Of a DNA stretch of 64,000 nucleotides, positions 17,764-27,501 are shown in pieces (position 1 is the first letter of the stretch; each line of letters starts with the position of its first letter). Below the pieces are notes generated by a model. The model had not been told where the DNA came from. It saw only the letters and a program-made list of their open reading frames with translations, and ran no database searches. The position numbers and the translations under genes were made by a program. The stretch comes from Candidatus Poseidoniales archaeon (GTDB taxonomy: Archaea > Thermoplasmatota > Poseidoniia > Poseidoniales > Thalassarchaeaceae): assembly GCA_012960975.1 (NCBI GenBank), contig DUAE01000028.1, positions 17,927 to 81,926 on the forward strand, given 5' to 3'.

Positions 17764-19571
17764 CAATCCTCGCTTGAGCGAGAAATAACATTCAACTTGA
17801 CTTTATCATTCACAAGTTCAACACTTATCTCATCGCCGGAGTTAATTGCGAGGGTTGGATCACCCTCAAATCCATGAGCATATGGCACGCTGAGAAGAGA
17901 AGCTGCGGGAAGAGTCAATGGGCAAACATCTCTGTTGATTATCCCTTTAGGCCCTTTTCCTGTATAGATTAATCCCATTAATACGAAGGGTGCAACGGTC
18001 GAACCAGAACCCTTTGGATAGATAAAAATTGTATCTTCAATCGCAACTCCATCAAGAGGATGCCCTGGATCTTCAATTACACCAGTATCGCGATTCACAT
18101 ATCCAAGATAGGTGATTGGAACATCGCTGACCAAAGCCTTTCCTTGGATTTGCCATTCAGATTGACTCGGTAAACTCGAGCCAATCATTTCACAATCTCC
18201 ACTCTGGTATGTTTTGTTGGAATGCATTGGCACCGAGGCTTTGGTTTTCAAAACTGGTCGTATAGATTTAATCAGTGTTGAATCAAAAGCGTGTGCTACG
18301 CATTCGTAAATGGGTGCTACGCTAGTCGGCATTCTATTCAAACCAGAGGTCAAATAATGTTCTGCTTTGAGAGAATTAGTCAAGATGTGGTTGAATTTTT
18401 TACGGTTGTAAGGAGTTACCTCTGGGCATGTATCGCGCAATACCAAAGCCCCGGATTCTTCGAGAATATCTATCGTTCCATCCGCTTCAAGCAATTTATA
18501 ATTATGTCCACTGGTGAATATCCACAAACGGTGATCTGAAATTTTTTCACCTAATTCCATTCTTGCCCTGACTGCTGCTGCAGTGGCTCGAACCTCACCA
18601 ACACTGGCTTGGGGGCAACCGATGACTACTAGGTCAACAATTCCTGTTGGCGCTAAGTCCCGATACCTGCCACGAAGATCATCATCAGAAAATGTCAGAT
18701 ACCCCTCATATGATTCAACTGCTGGCGCTTTGACTGTTTGACCATCTGCCCACAATAAAGGGCAACCATAATTCGCAGCCGCAGCTGCTAATGCTTTTCG
18801 CATCTCAAAACTTGCGGATTCGGGCAATCCACGAATCCGTGGCATCATCCCCCAAGGTAGATCCCAATTCGGGAGAATTTGCTTACCAATCCAATCTCCA
18901 AGAATGCTCCAATCAGTCAAATCATCCATAGGACATTCAACGTCAACGAGGATATTTGGCATTCGATTGGAATCAATATGTAATCCCCAATAAGGTGCCC
19001 ATCCCGTTAATGCTGTAGCAAGGGCTGACAAACCAGATTCTCGGTTTGTAATCAAAGAAGTGTAGGAATTGGAAAAACATACTGCATTTGATTCGGCCCA
19101 CGAACCTATTCCCTCTACCAAGTCTAATTCACTATCATAAGGGGTACAAGAAAGAGTTGCTTCGATACCAAGTTCGGAATAGGCGTGAATTATTTCGAAT
19201 TGATGTTCTAAAAAATTAGGATAATCTATTTCCATCTCATCCATTCTATGTTGGTCACATCCTGCAGAATTCAAAGTCGTTGGAATCGAGACTATACCCT
19301 CTGAGTCGCCAGAAATATCTGCCAAAAACTTCCGTAAACCGTGCCCACCGGTAATTACACTCACCCCCGACACGTGAGCATGCTCACATCGAATGAATTC
19401 ATCAGCCCCAGCAGTCGATGCGAGATCAACAACTAATCTAGCCGCCTTCTGCTTGGTTGGTCCATTCCCGCCAGCAAGCATCAATTGTAACTCTGTTGGG
19501 ATGTTCACATTATGCTCGGCGTGACCGTCCCCCTTCAATTCAACGCAATACTCCACTACAAAATTCGTCAA
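17763..19571 (-). CDS. Aconitase X family protein, fused large (DUF521) and small/swivel (DUF126) domains
   Basis: 602 aa. The N-terminal LQLMLAGGNGPTKQKAARLVVDLASTAGADEFIRCEHAHVSG is the DUF521 pattern. The C-terminal GKALVSDVPITYLGYVNRDTGVIEDPGHPLDG...IFIYPKGSGSTVAPFVL is the DUF126 pattern. Confidence 0.75.
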   Translation of the reverse strand: MTNFVVEYCVELKGDGHAEHNVNIPTELQLMLAGGNGPTKQKAARLVVDLASTAGADEFIRCEHAHVSGVSVITGGHGLRKFLADISGDSEGIVSIPTTLNSAGCDQHRMDEMEIDYPNFLEHQFEIIHAYSELGIEATLSCTPYDSELDLVEGIGSWAESNAVCFSNSYTSLITNRESGLSALATALTGWAPYWGLHIDSNRMPNILVDVECPMDDLTDWSILGDWIGKQILPNWDLPWGMMPRIRGLPESASFEMRKALAAAAANYGCPLLWADGQTVKAPAVESYEGYLTFSDDDLRGRYRDLAPTGIVDLVVIGCPQASVGEVRATAAAVRARMELGEKISDHRLWIFTSGHNYKLLEADGTIDILEESGALVLRDTCPEVTPYNRKKFNHILTNSLKAEHYLTSGLNRMPTSVAPIYECVAHAFDSTLIKSIRPVLKTKASVPMHSNKTYQSGDCEMIGSSLPSQSEWQIQGKALVSDVPITYLGYVNRDTGVIEDPGHPLDGVAIEDTIFIYPKGSGSTVAPFVLMGLIYTGKGPKGIINRDVCPLTLPAASLLSVPYAHGFEGDPTLAINSGDEISVELVNDKVKLNVISRSSED

Positions 19572-19605
19572 GTTGAGAAGGGGAGTTGTTCACGGAGCGT
19601 ATAAG

Positions 19606-20400
19606 ATGGTGCCTACGCCCTACGATTTAGCGGCGCTAACTTTGATAATTTCTCTAATTGCTGGAATTATTCCACTTCAGAGAAAATTCACAAATTTCAT
19701 AGATTTACAAAGAACCACAGGAATTGCTTCAGGAATTTTAATCGCATCAGCACTACTAATCGTCATTCCAGAAGGATTTCATATCGCAGGACAAGAGATT
19801 GGGGTTGGCATTACTACTGGTGGTGCTGTCCTCGCTGGATTCTTGTTTATGTTGATTTTAGAAGGGACGGGTATAGGCCACGCAGTTCATGAAGAACATC
19901 ACGACCACACCCATTCACACGGCCATGAACACGTCCATCATCCTGAAAGTCCTATAATGGCAATAATCGGTTTGACAATTCACGCCGCAACCGATGGTTT
20001 GGTTATCGGCGCGGCGGCATCGAGTGCCAGTAACGGAGTTACGATGTTGGTATTAATCGCTGTTTTATCCCATAAATTCCCAACTTCATTAAGCGTTGGA
20101 GCATTCAGCCTACATGAAAGAGGCGACAGAAAATTAGCTTTTCGGGATGTGTTAATTTTCTCGTTAGCAACCCCATTAATGATAATTATAGCCTTCACAA
20201 TGATGCAAGATATTGAAGTTTTTATTCTTGGTTTGATGATGCTATTCAGTGGCGGAACATTCCTCTATGTTGCGACCGTTGATGTTCTACCTGACGTGCA
20301 TAATCCTGAAACCGGTCGATCTGCACTGGTCAATGTGCTCCTTGGTGCTACGATAATGTATGGTATCATTCTCGCTGCAGGCGATATCGGTCTTCACTGA
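19606..20400 (+). CDS. ZIP family divalent metal transporter
   Basis: His-rich loop HEEHHDHTHSHGHEHVHH and the ZIP signature HKFPTSLSVG. The ORF opens at TTG 19573; the first ATG is at 19606. Confidence 0.85.
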   Translation: MVPTPYDLAALTLIISLIAGIIPLQRKFTNFIDLQRTTGIASGILIASALLIVIPEGFHIAGQEIGVGITTGGAVLAGFLFMLILEGTGIGHAVHEEHHDHTHSHGHEHVHHPESPIMAIIGLTIHAATDGLVIGAAASSASNGVTMLVLIAVLSHKFPTSLSVGAFSLHERGDRKLAFRDVLIFSLATPLMIIIAFTMMQDIEVFILGLMMLFSGGTFLYVATVDVLPDVHNPETGRSALVNVLLGATIMYGIILAAGDIGLH

Positions 20401-21128
20401 TTTCGTTGGCGCTGAGCTTCTATCGCGACCGCACTGAGTGGCGCTTGTAAATTGAAAGATGGGACAAATCCAGTCATTGGAATTCGGACACATTCATCTG
20501 CTAATCGGATAATTTCATCTGAAATCCCATATTTTTCACCACCTACAATCAAAATTACATCTCCTGTCATATCTACCTCCCAGGGAGTAGATTTGCCAAC
20601 ATCTTCTACCGCAATTATGCGAAAACCAGCTTCTTTTGCTTCATTGATTGCTTCAATACCATCGATCCAATGTACTGGAATAAATCGATGAGCTTTCATT
20701 GAAGCACGTTTGGATGCGCTTCTGTCTGCATTATTCATCTGTGCATCGATTAGAACTGCAGTTGCGCCAGATACTTCTGCAGTTCTGATACAAAATCCAA
20801 TATTAACTGGATACGCAGCTCCAGCAAGTAACCAAATCAACCCACCATCTTGTAAAATTTCATCGAAAGATGCTGAGGGATTTCTGCCGACGAGAGCCAG
20901 AACATCCGGTGTCGTATCTGAGTTGTTTACAGCCATCCGCCATAAATCATTTTCAGACCCATGAATGATTTTAATATCAGATTTTTCAGCATAAGAAATA
21001 ATTTTTGTAAGTTTAATCGATGTGGCATCTCTCTTAACTAAAATAAGGCTGATTTTTTCATCGTCCTCAATAGCTGCAAGGACTTCATCTTCACCACATC
21101 TCTGCATACTCATATCTCGCACCTTCAA
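20394..21128 (-). CDS. SpoU/TrmH family RNA 2'-O-methyltransferase
   Basis: Motifs: PVNIGFCIRTAEVSGA, ILIVGGEKYGISDE and RIPMTGFVPSFNLQAPLSAV (SPOUT knot motifs). Confidence 0.8.
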   Translation of the reverse strand: MKVRDMSMQRCGEDEVLAAIEDDEKISLILVKRDATSIKLTKIISYAEKSDIKIIHGSENDLWRMAVNNSDTTPDVLALVGRNPSASFDEILQDGGLIWLLAGAAYPVNIGFCIRTAEVSGATAVLIDAQMNNADRSASKRASMKAHRFIPVHWIDGIEAINEAKEAGFRIIAVEDVGKSTPWEVDMTGDVILIVGGEKYGISDEIIRLADECVRIPMTGFVPSFNLQAPLSAVAIEAQRQRNQ

Positions 21129-21151
21129 ACTATATCATATGAAACTAAGAA

Positions 21152-21943
21152 TTATCGTTTTGTATTTTTAAAAATAGGGATAGGGTGCATTTTATGAGAA
21201 TTCATCAGGTTAAGTTTCAGATATTTTTCCATAACTTCCGATTGTCTTTTAGTGAGTTTTGCATTAGATGGTTTTGAAATTTCTTTCATTACCCACTCCA
21301 ATTCTTCATATGTAGCACCTATTTGATCTTCATCGGTTCTACCATCATCCCACAGGCCGTCAGTAGGAGATGCGTCCTGAATTTCAGGAATTACGCCTAA
21401 TGACTCTGCTAAGGAGTAGACCTCTGATTTATACAAATCGGCAATAGGAGAAATATCAACTCCTCCATCACCATACTTAGTGAAGAAGCCTACTCCAAAG
21501 TCCTCAACCTTATTTCCTGTTCCGACGACTATGCCATTGTTAGAACCCGCAATGGCATACAAAGTAGTCATCCGTATCCTAGCTCTTGTATTCGCTAAAG
21601 ATAAATCTGACAAAATTTGTTTGGATAAATCATATTGACTATACGTATCATAAGTCCTACTAAGGTCTATCAAATGACTTTCAACATTATCCCACTTTGA
21701 TTTTAACCATTCAATTTGCATATCAGCAAGATTTGATTGTGATTTTTCTTGATGAATTGGCATACTTAGGACTATTGTATTCAATCCTGTTTTAGCGCAT
21801 AAGGCAGAGGTTACTGCTGAATCGATACCCCCAGAAACTCCAACCACTAGACTAGTGATTTGATTATTGTTGGCGTATTCTCTAAGCCAATCTACAATAC
21901 GACGTTCTAGTTCATGCCAATCTTCCGCCATGACCTCGCCCAT
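21152..21943 (-). CDS. nadE: NH3-dependent NAD+ synthetase
   Basis: The PP-loop VVGVSGGIDSAV and the GTGNKVEDFGVGFFTKYGDGG motif. Confidence 0.9.
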   Translation of the reverse strand: MGEVMAEDWHELERRIVDWLREYANNNQITSLVVGVSGGIDSAVTSALCAKTGLNTIVLSMPIHQEKSQSNLADMQIEWLKSKWDNVESHLIDLSRTYDTYSQYDLSKQILSDLSLANTRARIRMTTLYAIAGSNNGIVVGTGNKVEDFGVGFFTKYGDGGVDISPIADLYKSEVYSLAESLGVIPEIQDASPTDGLWDDGRTDEDQIGATYEELEWVMKEISKPSNAKLTKRQSEVMEKYLKLNLMNSHKMHPIPIFKNTKR

Positions 21944-21987
21944 GTGGTATGGAACTCAAGACTAGCATTGAACCTTACCAAGAGTAA

Positions 21988-22662
21988 CTAGTGGCAAGCC
22001 ATACCGTACTTCTTCAAACGCCAATAATTGTATGGCCATGGAGTAAGAAAACCCGCAATTAACATTGGAGGAATTACCCACCAAGTCATTCCTATATTCC
22101 CGGTTAGCAACCAATCAGTAGCTTCCATGGCGAGTTCCATTGCAATCATTCCAATAAATGACATTCCTAGTGCGGTTTTCAGAGCATTATTGAAATCCAT
22201 TTGACCCCTCATTAACAATGATGTTTCTAAAGCAACACTAGTGATTAATCCATTAATAATCGGCAAAATTGCAAGGAAAATAAACAGAGTTGTCCCCATA
22301 GAAACCTCCAGTGGCCAACCTGCCCATTCGTAGTACCCCAGAGTTCCAAATTCACCGATGGAACATCCAATCAAACACCATTTGGTGTTGCTTGCAGATT
22401 GACGCCAGACGCCACCATCTTTCCAATGAAATTCATCACCTTCGCCATCGACTGTGTATCCAATCGCCTTTACCGCACCGCTCAACAAATCTTTCGAAAT
22501 GTTATCATGTTGAACAACAGCAGTTCCAGTTTCGTGAGATACTTCAGCAGATAAAACACCGTTCACCGATAGTAGACCATCTCGAACCCTTCCCGAACAT
22601 CCTTCACAGGTCATCCCCCCAACTGAGAATGTTATCGTATCCACCATGGTCATTGGTGACAA
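21988..22662 (-). CDS. Heavy-metal-associated (HMA) domain fused to a DUF4396-like membrane domain
   Basis: The N-terminal FSVGGMTCEGCSGRVRDGL is the MxCxxC HMA fold. It is followed by WCLIGCSIGEFG and four hydrophobic spans typical of DUF4396. Confidence 0.65.
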   Translation of the reverse strand: MSPMTMVDTITFSVGGMTCEGCSGRVRDGLLSVNGVLSAEVSHETGTAVVQHDNISKDLLSGAVKAIGYTVDGEGDEFHWKDGGVWRQSASNTKWCLIGCSIGEFGTLGYYEWAGWPLEVSMGTTLFIFLAILPIINGLITSVALETSLLMRGQMDFNNALKTALGMSFIGMIAMELAMEATDWLLTGNIGMTWWVIPPMLIAGFLTPWPYNYWRLKKYGMACH

Positions 22663-22749
22663 CGGAGTGTTATTAATTCTCGTAAAGAAATCCTTCGCCC
22701 TTTGGGCGAGCCGGTCAAGTTCAAGACATAATCTCGGCTCGCAACCTAC

Positions 22750-25700
22750 ATGGCCGTGCCTAATTCAGTCGGCAACCTCGATGTGGTTGCTCTCGAAAAG
22801 CATCTTATGGACAAATGGAGCGATGAGAAAACCTTCGCTCAGTCCATTGAGAAGCGCCGTGCCGGCGCCAGTCCGTTCACCTTCCTTGAAGGCCCACCGA
22901 CTGCAAATGGCAGGCCTGGAATCCATCATGTATTATCGCGATTGTACAAAGATATGGTTTGCCGATGGAAAACTATGGAAGGGCATATCGTCGAGCGAAA
23001 AGGGGGCTGGGACACCCATGGTTTGCCAGTTGAAATCGAAGTGCAGAAACAACTGAATCTGATGTCCAATGAAGAAATTGAAGCCTATGGAATGGAGGCT
23101 TTCAACCAGAAGTGTAAGGAAAGTGTTTGGACTTACGAGCAGGCTTGGCGTGAGATGAGCGATCGTATGGCATTCTGGATTGATATGGAAGATCCTTACG
23201 TCACTTTTCATGATAATTACATCGAATCAACATGGTGGTCACTCAAACAAATGTTCGACAAAGGCCTACTCTTTCGCGGACATAAAGTACTACCCTACTG
23301 CCCCCAAACTGGAACGAGTTATTCCAGTCACGAGGTCGCTTTAGGCTACAAAGAAGTGGCTGAACCCTCTGTTTTTATCAAATTCAATCTCGTCGATGAT
23401 GATGCTTCGATTCTCGCTTGGACAACCACTCCTTGGACACTTCCAGGAAATGTCGGACTCGCAGTTGGACCAGAGGTGAAATACTCACGAGTCCGTGTCA
23501 CTGCAGCGCCTTCAGATTCGTGGGATGGACGTGGCGGTGCTGCAATCGGAGAAGAATTAATTCTAGCATCCGATTTACTTAATTCCGTATTACGACACCA
23601 TGTTGAGGTGATTGAAGAATTCAAGGGTTCAGAATTAGTTGGTAAATCATACGAACCTCTGTTCCCAAATGCGATTGAAGTCGGTGATTCTGAATCTGCA
23701 TGGATCATCGTCGGTGCTGATTTCGTAACAACGACCGATGGAACTGGTGTTGTCCATACTGCGGTGATGTATGGAGAAGATGATTACAATCTCGGTATGG
23801 AGAAAGGATTCCCTGCACAGCATACCGTTGGCATGGATGGAAACTTTGTTTCTGGGGTTCACCCAGAATTGGATGGAAAATATGTCAAAGACTGTGATTC
23901 TGAAATTATTGACTTGCTCGCAGCAGAAAATCTACTTTATCGTGAGCAAATTTATACTCACGATTACCCTCATTGCTGGCGGACCGAACATCCGCTACTC
24001 TACTATGCAATGGATAGTTGGTTTGTAAAAATGACTGCTGTTAAAGACCGAATTTTAGAACTAAACGATAAGGTCGAATGGGCCCCTGAATGGGTAGGAA
24101 CCGGTAGATTCGGTGAATGGTTACGTAACATCAAGGATTGGGCAATTAGTCGCGAGAGATATTGGGGGACCCCACTCCCAGTTTGGATTTGTCCAGACTG
24201 TAATGGAGAGCATTGTATTGGTTCAATTCAAGAAATGCTGGATATGAAAACTGCAGATTCTCCAACCCCACCTGAACTCCACAGACCATATGTTGACGAA
24301 GTCAAACTGCATTGCCCGAGCAAAGGGTGTTCAGGTGAAATGATTCGTGAACCATATGTAATGGATTGTTGGTTCGATTCGGGTTGTGCTAGCTTTGCCC
24401 AATGGCATTATCCATTCGAAAATGAAGATAAATTTTCCAACTCATTCCCTGTTGACTACATCTGTGAGGGAGTTGACCAAACCCGTGGTTGGTTCTATTC
24501 CCAACTTGCAGTTTCAACAACTGTTTTCGATAATTTAGCTTACAAACGTTGCCTTTCTCTTGGCCTAATAATGGATAAAGAAGGAAAGAAAATGAGTAAG
24601 ACTCGTGGTAATACTATCGATCCTTGGGACCATTTCAATCGTGAAGGTGCCGATGCAGTACGCTGGTACATGATGACACAAAGCGCACCTTGGAATTCAA
24701 CGAATTTTGATTCGAATGGAGTTCGCGAAACTTATGCAAAGATGTTTTTGACATTATGGAATGTACACAAGTTCCATTCAGATTATGCCGCTCTCGATGG
24801 CTTCGATTCAGAGGATGAAAGTACATTTATTCCTATTTCTCAACGAAGTGGTTTGGACAGATGGATTCTATCACGATTACATACCGTTGCGCAATCATAT
24901 CATGAGCAATTCGTTTCATGGGATTTCCACAAAGCTGGAAGAGATTTGGAAGATTTTGTTGTAAATGATTTGTCGAACTGGTACGTTCGCCGAAGTCGCC
25001 GACGACTTTGGGATGATGATGATTCAACCGATAAACGTGCTTGTCAATTTACTCTTCATGAAGTTCTAATCACCGTCTGTAAATTGATGGCACCTGTTGC
25101 ACCATTCATGGTTGACAAAATTCATCGAGATTTGACTGGATTTTCAGTTCATTTGACGGACTGGCCAGTTGGTTCAGACCTTGTTGAAAGCACCCTCCCA
25201 CCGATGAATTACGGACTTGAGCAAGAGATGGCTTTAGTTCGCACCTTAGCTGAAACCGGACGGCGAATTCGCGTTGAATCAAGTCGACGCCAACGCCTAC
25301 CATGTAAATCAGGATGGATAGTTGGAGGTCCAGATATCTCTGAATTCCACGACATCCTAGCAGAGGAATTGAACGTTGAGTCTCTTACGACCGAGAATGA
25401 TTTGGATCGATTTCAGCGTATTGAAGTTCTACCAAATCGCAAAACTCTTGGAAAGAAATGCCGACAGGATTTACCGTCCGTTCTAGCATTGTTTGCAGAG
25501 GCAGACTCAGATACGGTCTTGCTCGAAATTGATTCAGGGATTTGCTTCTTCGCCGGATATGAAATTACCATAGAAGACATTGAAATTCGTCGCGTTGAAC
25601 AGGATGGCTATGCTGCTTCAACAATTTCAGATGAAGATGTAGGAGATGTTTCATTGGTTCTCGACCTCAGCCTAGACGAGGTCCTCCTCTCAAAAGGACT

Positions 25701-25935
25701 CGGTCGCGATATTATTCGTCGAGTTCAAGCAAAGCGAAAAGACCTCGATTTAGATGTCGAAGCGACAATTTCTTTGTCGATTTGGATTGATGGTCAGGAA
25801 CTAGCTGAATCTGATTGGTTGAGAGTTCAGAGCGAAACGAGAACATCGATAGGCTCGATGAATGATGGAGAATCTCCGAAAGCTGCATCCGCATTTTCAG
25901 TAGATGGCATCGACGTACAGTTTATTGTTGAGTAA
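22750..25935 (+). CDS. ileS: Isoleucyl-tRNA synthetase
   Basis: 1061 aa. HIGH motif PPTANGRPGIHHV, KMSKS motif KMSKTRGN, and the editing and anticodon regions typical of IleRS. Confidence 0.97.
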   Translation: MAVPNSVGNLDVVALEKHLMDKWSDEKTFAQSIEKRRAGASPFTFLEGPPTANGRPGIHHVLSRLYKDMVCRWKTMEGHIVERKGGWDTHGLPVEIEVQKQLNLMSNEEIEAYGMEAFNQKCKESVWTYEQAWREMSDRMAFWIDMEDPYVTFHDNYIESTWWSLKQMFDKGLLFRGHKVLPYCPQTGTSYSSHEVALGYKEVAEPSVFIKFNLVDDDASILAWTTTPWTLPGNVGLAVGPEVKYSRVRVTAAPSDSWDGRGGAAIGEELILASDLLNSVLRHHVEVIEEFKGSELVGKSYEPLFPNAIEVGDSESAWIIVGADFVTTTDGTGVVHTAVMYGEDDYNLGMEKGFPAQHTVGMDGNFVSGVHPELDGKYVKDCDSEIIDLLAAENLLYREQIYTHDYPHCWRTEHPLLYYAMDSWFVKMTAVKDRILELNDKVEWAPEWVGTGRFGEWLRNIKDWAISRERYWGTPLPVWICPDCNGEHCIGSIQEMLDMKTADSPTPPELHRPYVDEVKLHCPSKGCSGEMIREPYVMDCWFDSGCASFAQWHYPFENEDKFSNSFPVDYICEGVDQTRGWFYSQLAVSTTVFDNLAYKRCLSLGLIMDKEGKKMSKTRGNTIDPWDHFNREGADAVRWYMMTQSAPWNSTNFDSNGVRETYAKMFLTLWNVHKFHSDYAALDGFDSEDESTFIPISQRSGLDRWILSRLHTVAQSYHEQFVSWDFHKAGRDLEDFVVNDLSNWYVRRSRRRLWDDDDSTDKRACQFTLHEVLITVCKLMAPVAPFMVDKIHRDLTGFSVHLTDWPVGSDLVESTLPPMNYGLEQEMALVRTLAETGRRIRVESSRRQRLPCKSGWIVGGPDISEFHDILAEELNVESLTTENDLDRFQRIEVLPNRKTLGKKCRQDLPSVLALFAEADSDTVLLEIDSGICFFAGYEITIEDIEIRRVEQDGYAASTISDEDVGDVSLVLDLSLDEVLLSKGLGRDIIRRVQAKRKDLDLDVEATISLSIWIDGQELAESDWLRVQSETRTSIGSMNDGESPKAASAFSVDGIDVQFIVE

Positions 25936-25958
25936 TTCAGACATTCCATCCACCTCTC

Positions 25959-27401
25959 TCAAATTGATTCCAAACTATATTTAGTTGGAAGGAGTAGTTC
26001 GACTGCAAATAACGGATCTGGATCCGAAGAATCATGGTAGGCGATGAATGCACCACCATCTGGTAATATACCCATGCTGGCGAAATCGAATCTGATGTCT
26101 GCACCCGCGCCAGATGTTGAATCTAAATCTCCAAGTCCGATGTATGTTTTTTGATCTGGAATTAAAGATTCAGAAAATCCACGAATATGGTAAGACAAAT
26201 CAACATCTGGACCTTCTGAACTCTGATATCGAATATTCAATACCATCAAATCATGAACTCCGCTTGAATGCCATTCCCATTCTTCAAGTTCCGTTGCAGA
26301 ATCTGTCAAATTATAATCTTGCCAATCCCAAGTCTCGCCACCATCCCATGAAACGTAATGCGTTATTCCAACACCACTAGGCATTGACTCAAAGCAGTGA
26401 AGTGCTGTTGAAGAATCAAGTGAACAATATTCAGAAGGTAGAGTAGAACCATTCAATGTAGTTGCACCCCACCAATTTAGTGAAGTGTCAAGGAATGCAT
26501 CGGTGCCGTCAAGGAAGTAATTTGGAAAGTACAGTCCACCCGAAGGCACAGGGAATGATCTCATTTCCTTGTGTGGTTTTGTATAATCCCATTCCGGCCC
26601 CAAATCAATTGCTGTCAAATCCACTTCGATTACATCTAAATTCGCATCGCGATCTGGAAAAGAAAAGAAATCGTAATTTAATCCATCAGTCGAAATTTGT
26701 CCACCAATATTCTGAACTTGATGCCAAAAATTCGAGATGACAATACTTGCCCATGGCCCATTTCCATAAATTCCACCATTGATTGGTCCAATTACTTCAA
26801 CCTGCCATGAACGATCGTAAAATGGTTCAGGTGTTCGATTAAAACACCAAGACCAAGCTTGATCTTCTGCATCGTAAAAGAATGCGTAGAATTGGTCTGC
26901 ACCACTGGTGCTTGGATATGGGAACCAGCCCATAGAAATCAAATCACCATTTGTCGCCTGAACAATACTACCCTCTCCTAATCCTTCTTGCCCTGGCACG
27001 GTTGGCTTAGGTTCTCTACAACCAATTTGTGAAAAAATACTCGGGAGGTATTCATTCCATGTATGCCCTCGGTCTTCTGACCAAGTCGGATACTCTCCAC
27101 CAAAATTCAGTATCCATCCCTCCTTGGTCCCCGCCAAATAGTGTTCACAGCAATTGCCACCTTCTTCATTTCCGAAAACAGCCCAAGACGCATTTCCCCA
27201 AGTCAAATTATTCATCGGATCGCCGACGATGAACACTCTAGAATCTTCATGCGTCAATGGGTCATCGACATAATTCAGGTCCTCATCCCAAATAAAATCT
27301 GAATGAAGATTAGTCTCATCTCCGCCGAAACATCCTGCCAAGGACATGCTGAGAACCATCATTGCCGCTAGGACAGTCTGGCGAGGTTGATAGTCCGTCA
27401 C
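25959..27401 (-). CDS. Exported lipoprotein with BNR/Asp-box motifs (sialidase-like beta-propeller?)
   Basis: Lipobox SLAGCFGG after a hydrophobic N-terminus. One Asp-box SWDGGETW and one degenerate box (SEDRGHTW). The sequence is rich in W and G. Confidence 0.45.
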   Translation of the reverse strand: MTDYQPRQTVLAAMMVLSMSLAGCFGGDETNLHSDFIWDEDLNYVDDPLTHEDSRVFIVGDPMNNLTWGNASWAVFGNEEGGNCCEHYLAGTKEGWILNFGGEYPTWSEDRGHTWNEYLPSIFSQIGCREPKPTVPGQEGLGEGSIVQATNGDLISMGWFPYPSTSGADQFYAFFYDAEDQAWSWCFNRTPEPFYDRSWQVEVIGPINGGIYGNGPWASIVISNFWHQVQNIGGQISTDGLNYDFFSFPDRDANLDVIEVDLTAIDLGPEWDYTKPHKEMRSFPVPSGGLYFPNYFLDGTDAFLDTSLNWWGATTLNGSTLPSEYCSLDSSTALHCFESMPSGVGITHYVSWDGGETWDWQDYNLTDSATELEEWEWHSSGVHDLMVLNIRYQSSEGPDVDLSYHIRGFSESLIPDQKTYIGLGDLDSTSGAGADIRFDFASMGILPDGGAFIAYHDSSDPDPLFAVELLLPTKYSLESI

Positions 27402-27501
27402 GATTAACCCCGTGTAATGGCGACTTATCGGTGCTTCGCACCGTTGTCATTCAACATTGAACCTGATAGATTCAATATGCTTTCACTATACCGCCACCTT
27501 A

